Assembly (NCBI GenBank): GCA_049419625.1
Contig: JBMSKG010000001.1
Coordinates: 1 to 49,663 of the forward strand
Length of the DNA: 49,663 nucleotides
Direction of reading: 5' to 3'
Source: Paracoccaceae bacterium
GTDB taxonomy: Bacteria > Pseudomonadota > Alphaproteobacteria > Rhodobacterales > Rhodobacteraceae
The notes under the pieces were generated by a model. That model saw only the letters and a program-made list of their open reading frames with translations, had not been told where the DNA came from and did not search any database. The translations under genes were made by a program, and so were the position numbers. Below, one piece after another: positions 21,026 to 31,735 of this stretch (positions are counted from its first letter, which is position 1; every line of letters begins with the position of its first letter).

Positions 21026-21574
21026 ATGGCGCAAGACAATTTGCCCCCCGAAGACACCAACGCCACCGATCCGGCAGCCAATGACGTTGGAGACTTCATC
21101 ACCGCAGATGAGCTTGACGCCCTGCGGGCCGAGCGTGATGAGTTGCGCGACCGCTTCATGCGCGCCCTGGCCGACGCCGAGAACTCCCGCAAGCGCGCAG
21201 AGCGTGATCGGCGCGAGGCCGAGCAATACGGCGGCTCACGCCTTGCCCGCGACCTTCTGCCCGTTTTCGACAACCTCAAGCGCGCACTCGATGCCGCCAG
21301 CGACGAAACCCGCGCCGGAGCGTCGGCGCTGATCGAAGGGGTCGAGCTCACACTGCGTGAGCTGACCAATGTCCTGACCAAACATGGCGTTGCCCCGATC
21401 GAGCCCGCCATTGGCGACAGCTTTGATCCCCAGCAGCACGAAGCGATGTTCGAAGCCCCCCTTCCGGGAACCAAGGCCGGCCAGATCATTCAGGTCATGT
21501 CGGTTGGGTTTTTGCTGCATGATCGGCTGTTGCGGCCGGCGCAGGTTGGCGTATCGTCCAACACTGCCGGCTAA
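21026..21574 (+). CDS. grpE: Nucleotide exchange factor GrpE
   Basis: RALADAENSRKR, LLPVFDNL, FDPQQHEAM, RLLRPAQV. Confidence 0.97.
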   Translation: MAQDNLPPEDTNATDPAANDVGDFITADELDALRAERDELRDRFMRALADAENSRKRAERDRREAEQYGGSRLARDLLPVFDNLKRALDAASDETRAGASALIEGVELTLRELTNVLTKHGVAPIEPAIGDSFDPQQHEAMFEAPLPGTKAGQIIQVMSVGFLLHDRLLRPAQVGVSSNTAG

Positions 21575-21577
21575 GCG

Positions 21578-24247
21578 TCAGCCCTGCTTGGGGGGCCCAA
21601 GGCCCCCTTTTGCCATCTCTGTCAACTCATAAATCAAGGCTAAAGCCTCCTTCGGCGTCAACTCATCCGGGTGAACCGACTTCAGGCGCGTTTCAACCTC
21701 CGAAACACGGCTCGCCGTTTTTGGGGGTGCCGTCGAAGGTGCGGCGCGGAAAAGGGGAAGATCGTCAATCAGCGCCTTCTGCTGCCCAGCCCCATCACGC
21801 TCTCCCGCCTCAAGCGCCTCAAGAACTGACCGGGCGCGGTCAATCACAGCAGGCGGCAGCCCCGCCAGCCGGGCGACCTGCACACCATAGCTGCGGTCCG
21901 CAGCGCCTTTCTTGACCTCGTGCAGAAAGACCAGATCGCCCTCCCACTCTTTCACCGCGACAGTGGCATTCTCCACCCCATCCAGTTTTGAGGCGAGGTT
22001 GGTCATCTCATGATAATGTGTTGCAAAGAGCGCCCGGCAGCGGTTCGCACCGTGCAAATGCTCCAGCGTCGCCCAGGCAATCGACAACCCGTCATAGGTT
22101 GCGGTTCCCCGTCCAATTTCGTCCAGGATCACCATCGCGCGGTCATCGGCTTGGTTCAGAATGGCCGCTGTCTCGACCATCTCCACCATAAAGGTCGACC
22201 TGCCCCGCGCAAGGTCATCACTCGCCCCCACGCGGCTGAAAAGCTGGCTGACCACCCCGATGTGTGCCCGCCTGGCGGGCACGAAACTCCCCGCCTGCGC
22301 CAAAAGCGCGATCAAGGCGTTCTGGCGCAGAAAGGTTGATTTCCCCGCCATGTTCGGCCCCGTCAACAGCCAGATCGCCGGGGTCTTTTCTTTGGTCAAG
22401 GCGCAGTCATTGGCCACGAAGGGGCCGGCGCCCTGTCGCCGCAAGGCGCGCTCCACCACGGGATGCCGCCCACCTTCCACCACAAAGGCGTGGCTTGCGT
22501 CCACCTTAGGCTCCACCCAGTCCTCTGCTGCGGCCAGATCAGCCAAGGCAGCGGCCAGATCGATCTCAGCCAAGGCCCGCGCCGCGCCCGAGATCGGGCC
22601 ACTCTCTTGCAAAACAGCGGCTCTAAACGCCTCATAGTGACGCTTTTCGATCTCGATCGCATGGTTCCCAGCATTCAGAATCCGCGTCTCGATCTCGCTT
22701 AAGGGCAAGGTGGTGAACCGCACCTGATTGGCGGTGGTCTGCCGGTGAATAAAGGTTTCCGACAAGGGCGGGGCAAACATCTTTTCCGCATGGGTTGTCG
22801 TCGTCTCGATGAAATAGCCCAGCACATTGTTGTGCTTGATCTTCAGGCTCTGAATCCCGGTCGCAGCAATGTAATCGGCCTGCATCCCGGCAACCACGCC
22901 GCGCCCCTCATCGCGCAACTGCCGCGTCTCATCCAGCTCTGCATCAAACCCGGTCGCAACAAAACCACCGTCCCGCACCAAAAGCGGGGGCTCCGCCACA
23001 AGCGCCGCCTCCAAAAGCGCGCTCAACACCTCATGCCCCACCAGCGCCTGCGCCGCGGACGCGAGGAGCGGCGGCACGCCGACGACGAGCATGTCTGACA
23101 CCTTCAGCGCGCCAGAAATCCCGGCGCGGATCGCTGTCAAGTCGCGCGGCCCGCCCCGGTCCAGCGCCAACCGCGACAAGGCCCGGTCCATATCCGGCAC
23201 CCGTCGCAACTCTGCCCGCAAGGCCTCCCGCAGGCCGGGCTGATCCTTCAGAAACCGCACCGCCTCCAGCCGCGCGCCAATCACGTTCAAATCGCGCGAC
23301 GGTCCCGACAGCCGCCGCTCAAGCAATCGCGCGCCCGCCGCCGTTACGGTGCGATCCACCGCCGCCAAAAGCGACCCCTCGCGCCCGCCCGACAGCGCCT
23401 GCGTGATCTCCAGATTGCGCCGCGTCGCCGCGTCGATCTGCATCAAGCCGCCCGCAGCCTCTTTCATCGGCGCGCTCAGCAAGGGCAGCTTTCCCCGCTG
23501 TGTCAGGTCAAGATACTCAACCAACGCCCCCATGGCCGAGATTTCGGCCCGGTCAAAGCTTCCAAAAGCATCCAGCGATGCGACACCAAACAGCCCGCAG
23601 AGCCGCTTTTCGGCCGAAGTTGAATCAAGACTACCCCGCGCCAACGCCGTTACCGCCGCGCCCGCCTCTTCGATCAGGGCGTAAAGGTCCCGCTCCCGCG
23701 CCTCGCTGACCAAAACTTCACGCGGTGCGAGCCGGGCCAGCTCTGGTGCCAAGCGGACCTGCGGGCACACCATCACCCGCAACTCCCCGGTCGAAATATC
23801 GGCCCAGGCCAGCGCTGCCTCATCCCGAACCTCGGCCCAAGCCGCCAGATAATTGTGCCGCCGCGCCTCCAGCAGCGAATCCTCGGTCAGCGTCCCGGGC
23901 GTGACCAGCCGCACCACGTCGCGCCGGACCACCGACTTCGACCCGCGCTTCTTTGCCTCAGCCGGGTCCTCCATCTGTTCGGCGATCGCCACGCGAAAGC
24001 CTTTGCGAATAAGAGATAGCAAATAGCCCTCGGCGGCATGAACCGGCACGCCGCACATCGCGATCGGCTCACCCAGATGAAAGCCGCGCTTTGTCAGCGC
24101 GATGTCCAAAGCCTCGGCAGCGGCCACGGCATCGTCAAAGAACATCTCGTAGAAATCGCCCATCCGGTAGAACAGCAGGGCGCCGGGGTTCTGCGCCTTG
24201 ATCTCCAGATACTGCGCCATCATCGGCGTGACGGTGTCATCGCTCAC
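21578..24247 (-). CDS. mutS: DNA mismatch repair protein MutS
   Basis: TPMMAQY, GDFYE mismatch motif, [38 protein letters not shown]. Confidence 0.99.
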   Translation of the reverse strand: MSDDTVTPMMAQYLEIKAQNPGALLFYRMGDFYEMFFDDAVAAAEALDIALTKRGFHLGEPIAMCGVPVHAAEGYLLSLIRKGFRVAIAEQMEDPAEAKKRGSKSVVRRDVVRLVTPGTLTEDSLLEARRHNYLAAWAEVRDEAALAWADISTGELRVMVCPQVRLAPELARLAPREVLVSEARERDLYALIEEAGAAVTALARGSLDSTSAEKRLCGLFGVASLDAFGSFDRAEISAMGALVEYLDLTQRGKLPLLSAPMKEAAGGLMQIDAATRRNLEITQALSGGREGSLLAAVDRTVTAAGARLLERRLSGPSRDLNVIGARLEAVRFLKDQPGLREALRAELRRVPDMDRALSRLALDRGGPRDLTAIRAGISGALKVSDMLVVGVPPLLASAAQALVGHEVLSALLEAALVAEPPLLVRDGGFVATGFDAELDETRQLRDEGRGVVAGMQADYIAATGIQSLKIKHNNVLGYFIETTTTHAEKMFAPPLSETFIHRQTTANQVRFTTLPLSEIETRILNAGNHAIEIEKRHYEAFRAAVLQESGPISGAARALAEIDLAAALADLAAAEDWVEPKVDASHAFVVEGGRHPVVERALRRQGAGPFVANDCALTKEKTPAIWLLTGPNMAGKSTFLRQNALIALLAQAGSFVPARRAHIGVVSQLFSRVGASDDLARGRSTFMVEMVETAAILNQADDRAMVILDEIGRGTATYDGLSIAWATLEHLHGANRCRALFATHYHEMTNLASKLDGVENATVAVKEWEGDLVFLHEVKKGAADRSYGVQVARLAGLPPAVIDRARSVLEALEAGERDGAGQQKALIDDLPLFRAAPSTAPPKTASRVSEVETRLKSVHPDELTPKEALALIYELTEMAKGGLGPPKQG
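21591..21611 (+). terminator. Intrinsic terminator for hrcA-grpE, inside the mutS 3' end
   Basis: GGGGGCC-CAA-GGCCCCC-TTTT, 16 nt after the grpE stop. Confidence 0.6.
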
Positions 24248-24373
24248 GGTGTTCTCCCCTTGGTGGCCACGACCCTACAAAAGCCCAACTGTGGCGAAAA
24301 GCCCGAATGCACCGTCTATGCAGATGCCCTGGCGGGCGCTAAGAGCGGATGTGTGCAAAAGGATGGCCCCCTT

Positions 24374-26629
24374 ATGACAAAGACCAAGATCACCCCCGAA
24401 GAAGCGCTTGCCTATCATCTGGAGCCGCGCCCCGGCAAATATGACGTGGTCGCCTCAACCCCTATGGCCACGCAGCGTGATCTGTCACTTGCCTATTCCC
24501 CCGGCGTCGCGGTTCCGGTTCAGGCTATCGCCGATAATCCGGCCACCGCCTATGACTATACGGTCAAGGGCAACATGGTTGCCGTCATCTCGAACGGCAC
24601 GGCCATTCTGGGGATGGGTAACCTTGGGGCTTTGGCTTCGAAACCGGTGATGGAAGGCAAGGCGGTGCTTTTCAAACGCTTTGCCGACATCAACGCGATT
24701 GATATCGAACTCGACACAGAAGACGCGGATGAGATCATCAAGGCGATCTCGCTGATGGGCCCCACCTTTGGTGGAGTTAACCTTGAGGACATCAAGGCGC
24801 CAGAATGTTTCATCATCGAACAGCGACTCAAGGAAATCATGGACATTCCGGTGTTCCACGATGACCAGCACGGCACAGCCGTCATTTGCGCGGCTGGCCT
24901 GATCAACGCGCTGGAAATGACGGGCAAGAAAATCGAGAACTGCAAGATCGTTCTCAATGGGGCAGGGGCCGCGGGCATTGCCTGTCTCGAACTTCTGAAA
25001 ACCATGGGCGCGCGGCATGACAACTGCATCATGTGCGACACCAAGGGCGTGATCTATCAGGGCCGCACCGAGGGCATGAACCAGTGGAAATCCGCCCATG
25101 CTGCCCGCACTGACCACCGCACGCTGGAAGAGGCGATGGTGGGGGCCGATGTGTTTCTGGGCGTGTCCGTCAAGGGTGCTGTGACTCCCGAGATGGTGGC
25201 CAGTATGGCCGACAATCCGGTGATCTTTGCCATGGCCAACCCCGATCCGGAAATCACCCCCGAAGAGGCGCATGCGGTGCGCGCCGATGCCATCGTGGCC
25301 ACCGGGCGCAGCGATTATCCCAACCAGGTGAATAACGTCCTTGGTTTCCCTTATCTGTTCCGGGGTGCTTTGGACATTCATGCCCGCGCTATCAATGACG
25401 AGATGAAAATCGCCTGCGCCCGCGCCCTGGCCGCCCTTGCCCGCGAAGATGTACCGGATGAAGTGGCCATGGCCTATGGCCGCAAGCTGTCATTCGGGCG
25501 CGATTACATCATCCCGACGCCCTTTGATCCGCGGTTGATCTACGTGATCCCGCCCGCCGTGGCCAAGGCGGGCATGGATACCGGTGTAGCGCGTCGCCCG
25601 ATCATCGACCTTAAGGCCTATGAGCAAACGCTCAAGGCGCGGATGGACCCGACCGCCAGCATCCTGCAAGGCATCCATGCCCGCGCCAAACAGGCTCAGG
25701 CCCGGATGATCTTTGCCGAGGGCGACGATCCCCGCGTGCTGCGCGCCGCTGTGGCCTATCAGCGTGCGGGCCTTGGCAAGGCGTTGGTGGTCGGCCGCGA
25801 TGCGGATGTGAAAGAAAAGCTGGAGCTCGCGGGCCTTGGTGATGCGATGCGCGAGTTGGAGATCGTGAACGCGGCCAACTCTCGCCACCTCGATCAGTAC
25901 AAGGATTTTCTCTACAACCGCCTGCAACGCAGCGGGTTCGATCGCCACGATGTGCATCGCCTTGCGGCACGAGACCGGCACGTGTTTTCCGCGTTGATGC
26001 TGCAACACGGCCATGGCGACGGGCTGATCACCGGGGTCACGCGCAAATCGGCGCACGTGTTAAGCCTGATCAACCATGTATTTGATGCCAAAGCGTCCGA
26101 TGGGGCGGTGGGCGTGACGGCGCTTCTGAGCAAGGGCCGGATCGTTCTGATCGCCGATACGCTTGTGCATGAATGGCCCGATGAGAATGACCTGGCCACT
26201 ATCGCCATCAAGGCGGCTGGCGTCGCGCGAAACCTTGGGCTTGAGCCGCGGGTTGCTTTCGTCTCTTTCTCGACCTTTGGTTATCCGGTGTCCGAGCGTG
26301 CCACCAAGATGCACATCGCGCCCAAGGTTCTTGATCGGCTGGGGGTCGATTTCGAATACGAAGGCGAGATGACCGTTGATGTGGCGCTGAACACCGATGT
26401 GATGGCGCAATATCCGTTCTGCCGCCTGACCGGGCCTGCGAACATTCTGGTGGTTCCGGCGCGGCACTCGGCCTCGATCTCGGTCAATCTGATGCAGGAA
26501 TTGGCGGGCGCCACGGTGATTGGACCGATTCTGACAGGCGTGACCAAGCCGATTCAGATTTGTTCGACCAATTCCACGGTGAATGACATTCTGAACATGG
26601 CCGTCATGGCCGCCTGCAAGGTGGGCTGA
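24374..26629 (+). CDS. maeB: NADP-dependent malic enzyme with phosphotransacetylase-like domain
   Basis: DLSLAYSPGV, KPVMEGK, PVFHDDQHGT, GAGAAG, ATGRSDYPNQVNN, PTA-like C-terminal domain (FAEGDD); start trimmed to ATG 24374. Confidence 0.93.
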   Translation: MTKTKITPEEALAYHLEPRPGKYDVVASTPMATQRDLSLAYSPGVAVPVQAIADNPATAYDYTVKGNMVAVISNGTAILGMGNLGALASKPVMEGKAVLFKRFADINAIDIELDTEDADEIIKAISLMGPTFGGVNLEDIKAPECFIIEQRLKEIMDIPVFHDDQHGTAVICAAGLINALEMTGKKIENCKIVLNGAGAAGIACLELLKTMGARHDNCIMCDTKGVIYQGRTEGMNQWKSAHAARTDHRTLEEAMVGADVFLGVSVKGAVTPEMVASMADNPVIFAMANPDPEITPEEAHAVRADAIVATGRSDYPNQVNNVLGFPYLFRGALDIHARAINDEMKIACARALAALAREDVPDEVAMAYGRKLSFGRDYIIPTPFDPRLIYVIPPAVAKAGMDTGVARRPIIDLKAYEQTLKARMDPTASILQGIHARAKQAQARMIFAEGDDPRVLRAAVAYQRAGLGKALVVGRDADVKEKLELAGLGDAMRELEIVNAANSRHLDQYKDFLYNRLQRSGFDRHDVHRLAARDRHVFSALMLQHGHGDGLITGVTRKSAHVLSLINHVFDAKASDGAVGVTALLSKGRIVLIADTLVHEWPDENDLATIAIKAAGVARNLGLEPRVAFVSFSTFGYPVSERATKMHIAPKVLDRLGVDFEYEGEMTVDVALNTDVMAQYPFCRLTGPANILVVPARHSASISVNLMQELAGATVIGPILTGVTKPIQICSTNSTVNDILNMAVMAACKVG

Positions 26630-26644
26630 TCCACGGGCGGGGTA

Positions 26645-26668
26645 GGCGCGCGGGCCAAGCCGCGCGCC
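26645..26668. terminator. GC hairpin between convergent maeB and msrA
   Basis: GGCGCGCGG-GCCAAG-CCGCGCGCC, perfect 9-bp stem; no U-tract. Confidence 0.5.
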
Positions 26669-26671
26669 AGA

Positions 26672-27295
26672 TCACTTGGTAAAGGCCTGATCGCCCCAAA
26701 CCGCGCGCACCCGCGCGTCACGGCCGCAGGCCTCGCGGTAGAACTTATAGGCATTTGACTGCTTCTTGGGGCCAGCGCGCGTCAAGACTAGGTTTGTGCC
26801 CTTGTAGTAATCCTGATGGTAGTCCTCTGCGATCCAGAACTTTCCCGCTGGAAGCACCGGCGTGACCACAGCCGCGCCCAACACCGCCTCGGCCTCGGCT
26901 ATCGCGGCCTTTGCAGATTTTTCCTGTGCGGCATTGCCTGCGAAAATCGCCGTGCGATAGGCGCTGCCCCGATCGCAGAATTGCCCGCCCGCATCGGTCA
27001 CATCGACTGAACGCAGGAACTTGGCGATCAGGTCATCATAGCTGATCTTGGACGAATCAAATGTGATCTCGACCGCCTCATAATGGCCTTCATGGTTTTC
27101 ATAGGTCGGATTGGCCAGATCGCCCCCGGTATAGCCCGAGACGACATCAATCACCCCGGCAACGGGCTCGAAATCCGACTCAACGCACCAAAAACAGCCG
27201 CCCGCAACGATTGCCTTTTCGGTCTTGGCGCTGGCGGCGCTGGCAAAGCCCAGCCCCATTAGCGCAACTGCTGCCAAAATCTTCCACCGCCGCAT
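26672..27295 (-). CDS. msrA: Peptide-methionine (S)-S-oxide reductase, signal-peptide bearing
   Basis: [28 protein letters not shown]; N-terminal Sec-type signal ending ASA. Confidence 0.93.
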   Translation of the reverse strand: MRRWKILAAVALMGLGFASAASAKTEKAIVAGGCFWCVESDFEPVAGVIDVVSGYTGGDLANPTYENHEGHYEAVEITFDSSKISYDDLIAKFLRSVDVTDAGGQFCDRGSAYRTAIFAGNAAQEKSAKAAIAEAEAVLGAAVVTPVLPAGKFWIAEDYHQDYYKGTNLVLTRAGPKKQSNAYKFYREACGRDARVRAVWGDQAFTK

Positions 27296-27446
27296 GGCCG
27301 CTCTCCTTAATCATGTCTTCCACCACGGTTGCCGTCTTTGGCGCGTGGCGCAATTCACCCAAGCGTGAGGTCACGCACAGGTGATGCGACCCCTTGGCCT
27401 TTGCGCGTCACCACCTTAGCCTGCCGCCAAACATAAGGAGGCTGTG

Positions 27447-28346
27447 ATGACAGACCATGTCTCAACCCATCAGGCAGAAGATGATGCCCGGAATGAGAAA
27501 ATCCAGATCTGGGTGAATGGCCGCATCGTGCCGAAAGCAGAGGCGATGGTGTCGGTCTATGATTCCGGCTTCATGCTGGGCGATGGCGTGTGGGAAGGCA
27601 TCCGGCTTTACAATGGCCGCTGGTCCTTTGTGGACGAACACATTGATCGGCTGTTCGAGGCGGCAAAGGCGATTGATCTTGATATCGGGATGACCAAAGA
27701 ATGCGTCACTAACGCCCTGTTAGAGACACAAAAGGCCAATGGCATGACAAATGACGCCCACGCGCGTCTGATGGTCACGCGGGGCGTCAAGACCCGGCCG
27801 TTTCAGCACCCCAAACTCAGCCAGCGCGGCCCGACCATGGTGATCATCATGGAGCACAGCCGCCAAAAGCTGCCGCGCCCGATCCGACTGGCCACGGTCC
27901 CCCATCTGCGCGGGTTGCCGATGACGCAGGACCCGAAGCTGAATTCGCACTCCAAGCTGAACTGCATCCTTGCCTGCATCGCCGCCGAAAAGGCCGGCGC
28001 GGATGAGGCGCTGATGCTGGATGTGCATGGCTTTGTGAACACCACCAACGCCTGCAACTTCTTTATTGTGAAAAAGGGGCAGGTTTGGACCAGCACGGGT
28101 GATTATTGCATGAACGGAATCACCCGGCAGAAGGTGATTGACCTGTGCCGCGCCAATGACATCCCGGTGTTTGAGCGGAACTTTTCGCTGGTCGACACCT
28201 ATTCGGCGGATGAGGCGTTTCTGACAGGCACCTTTGGCGCGCAAACCCCGGTTGGCATGATTGATGGGCGGGTCATTGGCACTGGGCAGATGGGCCCAAT
28301 GACCGAACGGCTGCGTGGGCTTTACAAGACACTGGTGGGCGCATGA
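27447..28346 (+). CDS. Class IV PLP-dependent aminotransferase (BCAT/DAAT-like)
   Basis: SVYDSGFMLGDGVWEG, LMVTRG, DEALMLD, GITR, ADEAFLTGT; SD AAGGAGG. Confidence 0.9.
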   Translation: MTDHVSTHQAEDDARNEKIQIWVNGRIVPKAEAMVSVYDSGFMLGDGVWEGIRLYNGRWSFVDEHIDRLFEAAKAIDLDIGMTKECVTNALLETQKANGMTNDAHARLMVTRGVKTRPFQHPKLSQRGPTMVIIMEHSRQKLPRPIRLATVPHLRGLPMTQDPKLNSHSKLNCILACIAAEKAGADEALMLDVHGFVNTTNACNFFIVKKGQVWTSTGDYCMNGITRQKVIDLCRANDIPVFERNFSLVDTYSADEAFLTGTFGAQTPVGMIDGRVIGTGQMGPMTERLRGLYKTLVGA

Positions 28347-29074
28347 CCCCCGATCCCCAGCGCATTGCCATGTGGTCGGGCCCGCGCAACCTGTCGACCG
28401 CGATGATGTATTCCTTCGCGGCGCGCGGTGACTGTCAGGTCTGGGACGAGCCGTTCTATGCCGCCTATCTGCAAAAGACCGGCATGGACCATCCGATGAG
28501 CGATGCCGTAATTGCTGCCGGATTGGCTGACCCAAACGCCGTCGCCGCAGCCTGCCTTGCGCCCCTAAAGGCCGAACAGAGCCTGTTTTACCAAAAACAC
28601 ATGACACTCCACATGGTGCCCGAGTTTGACCGCGGGTTCATGCGCGGCTTGACCAATGTGTTCCTGATCCGCCATCCGGCGCGGGTGATTGCAAGCTATG
28701 CCAAAAAGCGTGAAGCGCCGGAACTGGCCGATATCGGCTTTGTCCAGCAGGCGGAGCTGTTTGATGAGGTGGCCGATTGGCTGGGCCATGCGCCGCTTGT
28801 CATCGACAGCGCCGACATTCGCGCCACGCCGCAGGCCACCCTGTCGCGGCTTTGCGCGGGCCTGAACATTCCCTTTACCGACCGCATGTTGCATTGGCCC
28901 GCCGGGCCCAAGCCCTTTGACGGGGTCTGGGCGCCGCATTGGTACAACGCGGTTCACGCCTCAACCGGCTTTGATGAGCCTGAGGCCGATCTGCCCGCGC
29001 TGTCGGCCGAGTTTCAGCGGCTTTGCGACCTTGCGCTGCCGCATTACGAGCGGTTGGAACGGCTGAAGCTTTAA
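28343..29074 (+). CDS. Sulfotransferase-like P-loop protein
   Basis: IAMWSGPRNLSTAMMYSF, DEPFY, FYQKHM, FLIRHP, WAPHWY; ATGA overlap with the aminotransferase. Confidence 0.8.
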   Translation: MTPDPQRIAMWSGPRNLSTAMMYSFAARGDCQVWDEPFYAAYLQKTGMDHPMSDAVIAAGLADPNAVAAACLAPLKAEQSLFYQKHMTLHMVPEFDRGFMRGLTNVFLIRHPARVIASYAKKREAPELADIGFVQQAELFDEVADWLGHAPLVIDSADIRATPQATLSRLCAGLNIPFTDRMLHWPAGPKPFDGVWAPHWYNAVHASTGFDEPEADLPALSAEFQRLCDLALPHYERLERLKL

Positions 29075-29076
29075 CG

Positions 29077-29104
29077 AAAAGGGGCCAGCCAATGGCTGAC
29101 CCCC
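29077..29104 (-). terminator. Intrinsic terminator for argG, possibly bidirectional
   Basis: Minus strand GGGGTCAGCC-ATT-GGCTGGCCCC-TTTT. Confidence 0.7.
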
Positions 29105-29126
29105 CTTCAAATCGTTCTGGGCGGGC

Positions 29127-30359
29127 TTAGCCCTTTTTCGCCACGCGCGCATTGCGGCTGGCGATCAGGCGCAGGCGCAGGGCGTTCAGGGTGATAAAGC
29201 CCTGCGCGTCCTTCTGATCATAGGCGCCGGCATCTTCCTCAAAGGTCACGTGCTTTTCGGAATAAAGCGAATGGTCCGACCAACGCGCCACGGTGCGGGC
29301 GGAGCCCTTGTACAGCTTGACCCGAACCGTGCCGGTCACATGCTCTTGCGTCTTGTCGATCAGCGCTTGCAGCGCTTCACGCTCGGGCGAGAACCAGAAG
29401 CCGTTGTAGATCAGCTCGGCATAGCGCGGCATGATCGAATCTTTCAGATGGCCCGCGCCGCTGTCGAGCGTGATCTGTTCGATCCCGCGATGCGCCTCCA
29501 GCAGAATGGTGCCGCCGGGGGTTTCATAAAGCCCGCGGCTTTTCATCCCGACAAAGCGGTTTTCGACCAGGTCCAGCAGACCCACGCCATGCTTGCCGCC
29601 GATCTCGTTTAGCCGGGCCAAGATCGTGGCTGGCGACAGCGACTCGCCATTGATCGAGACCGCATCGCCGCGTTCAAAGCCGATTTCCACATAGTCCGGG
29701 GTATCGGGTGCCTGTTCCACCGGGGTGACGCGCTGATAGACGAACTCGGGTGCTTCCTCTGCCGGGTTCTCCAGCACTTTGCCCTCTGACGAGGTGTGCA
29801 GAAGGTTCGCATCCACCGAGAAGGGCGCTTCGCCGCGCTTGTCCTTGGCAATTGGAATCTGGTTCGCCTCGGCAAACTCAAGAAGCTTGGTGCGCGAGGT
29901 CAGGTCCCACAGACGCCACGGCGCGATCACCTTGATCGCGGGGTCCAGCGCGGCGGCAGACAGTTCAAACCGCACCTGATCGTTGCCCTTGCCGGTCGCG
30001 CCATGGGCCACGGCATCGGCGCCCGTTTCATGCGCAATCCGCACCAGATGCTGCGAGATCAGCGGCCGTGCGATCGAGGTGCCCAGAAGATACAGCCCTT
30101 CATAAAGCGCATTGGCGCGGAACATCGGGAACACAAAGTCACGCACGAACTCTTCGCGCACGTCGACGATGTGGATGTTCTTTTCGGGGATGCCCATCAA
30201 CAGCGCCTTCTGGCGCGCCGGTTCCAGTTCTTCGCCCTGACCCAGATCAGCGGTAAAGGTGATGACCTCGCAGCCATATTCGGTCTGCAGCCATTTCAGG
30301 ATGATCGAGGTGTCCAGACCGCCCGAATAGGCGAGAACGACTTTCTTCGGCTTTTGCAT
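29127..30359 (-). CDS. argG: Argininosuccinate synthase
   Basis: [42 protein letters not shown]. Confidence 0.99.
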   Translation of the reverse strand: MQKPKKVVLAYSGGLDTSIILKWLQTEYGCEVITFTADLGQGEELEPARQKALLMGIPEKNIHIVDVREEFVRDFVFPMFRANALYEGLYLLGTSIARPLISQHLVRIAHETGADAVAHGATGKGNDQVRFELSAAALDPAIKVIAPWRLWDLTSRTKLLEFAEANQIPIAKDKRGEAPFSVDANLLHTSSEGKVLENPAEEAPEFVYQRVTPVEQAPDTPDYVEIGFERGDAVSINGESLSPATILARLNEIGGKHGVGLLDLVENRFVGMKSRGLYETPGGTILLEAHRGIEQITLDSGAGHLKDSIMPRYAELIYNGFWFSPEREALQALIDKTQEHVTGTVRVKLYKGSARTVARWSDHSLYSEKHVTFEEDAGAYDQKDAQGFITLNALRLRLIASRNARVAKKG

Positions 30360-30477
30360 GGGGGCCTCCTAATGCGCGCCCTGCGCTTAACGGGAAATCC
30401 CAAAAAGGGCAAGCCAAGCAAGGCCGCGCGCGCGGGTGGGCCTTGCGCAAAGCTTGCGGCTTCGTCACATCTTGCAC

Positions 30478-31725
30478 ATGACCGATTTTGCCGATGCCGC
30501 CCGCCAGACCACCCGCGCCCTGCGCGACCTCTTTCCGCGCACCCCGATGCAGCGGAATGACTTTCTGTCGCGCAAATATGGGGCCGAGATTTGGCTCAAG
30601 CGTGAGGATCTGTCGCCGGTGCGCAGCTACAAGCTGCGGGGCGCTTACAATGCCATGCGAAAGGTGCGGGCAAACAATCCTGATCAGGGGCATTTCGTTT
30701 GCGCCAGTGCGGGCAATCACGCGCAAGGTGTGGCTTTTGCCTGCCGCCATTTCGGGGTGCAAGGCACCATTTTCATGCCGGTGACCACCCCGCAGCAGAA
30801 GATCGACAAGACCCGCGCCTTTGGGGCCGACCATGTGCGCATCGTTCTGACGGGCGACTATTTCGACCAGACACTTGCCGCCTCGCAGCGGTTTTGTGCC
30901 GAAGAGGGCGCGCATTTCCTGTCGCCCTTTGATGATGAGGATGTGATCGAAGGTCAGGCCTCGGTTGCTGTCGAGCTGTTGGATCAGCTTGGCCGCTCGC
31001 CCGATCTTGTCATTCTGCCCGTGGGCGGGGGCGGGCTGTCATCGGGTGTGACGCGCTATTTGCGCAGCGAGTCGCCGGGCACCGAGTTTCGTTTTGTCGA
31101 GCCCAAAGGCGGGGCCAGCCTGACGGCCGCCTTGGCCGCGCATGAGCCCGTCACGCTGAAGCGCGTCGACAATTTCGTCGATGGGGCGGCGGTGGCCCGG
31201 GTCGGCGATCGGACCTTTGCGGCGCTGTCTTGGGTGAACCCCAGCGAAGTTCTCATTGCCCCAGAAGACCGCATTTGCACCACCATGCTGATGATGCTGA
31301 ACACCGAAGGCATTGTGCTAGAGCCCGCAGGCGCGCTGGCGGTGGATGTCTTGGCCGATCTAGGCAACGAGATTGCGGGCAAGACCGTGGTCTGCGTCAC
31401 CTCGGGTGGCAATTTCGATTTCGAACGCCTGCCCGAAGTGAAAGAGCGCGCCCAACGTTATTCTGGTGTGAAGAAATACTTCATTCTGCGCATGCCGCAG
31501 CGTCCCGGCGCGCTGCGCGAGTTTCTGGAAATGCTGGGCCCAGATGACGACATTGCCCGGTTTGAATACCTGAAGAAGTCGGCGCGCAACTTTGGTTCGG
31601 TGCTGATCGGGATCGAGACCAAAGAGGCCGCGAACTTTCAAAAGCTGTTCGACCAGCTGGATGCTGCGGCCTTTCAGTATCGTGACATCACGCAGGACGA
31701 GATCCTGTCCGAGTTTCTGATCTAA
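30478..31725 (+). CDS. ilvA: Threonine ammonia-lyase, short form with one regulatory domain
   Basis: KREDLSPVRSYKLRGA, ASAGNHAQG, PVGGGGL, EPAGA, SGGNFD, PQRPGAL; start trimmed to ATG 30478. Confidence 0.96.
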   Translation: MTDFADAARQTTRALRDLFPRTPMQRNDFLSRKYGAEIWLKREDLSPVRSYKLRGAYNAMRKVRANNPDQGHFVCASAGNHAQGVAFACRHFGVQGTIFMPVTTPQQKIDKTRAFGADHVRIVLTGDYFDQTLAASQRFCAEEGAHFLSPFDDEDVIEGQASVAVELLDQLGRSPDLVILPVGGGGLSSGVTRYLRSESPGTEFRFVEPKGGASLTAALAAHEPVTLKRVDNFVDGAAVARVGDRTFAALSWVNPSEVLIAPEDRICTTMLMMLNTEGIVLEPAGALAVDVLADLGNEIAGKTVVCVTSGGNFDFERLPEVKERAQRYSGVKKYFILRMPQRPGALREFLEMLGPDDDIARFEYLKKSARNFGSVLIGIETKEAANFQKLFDQLDAAAFQYRDITQDEILSEFLI

Positions 31726-31735
31726 AGGAGCCGCC

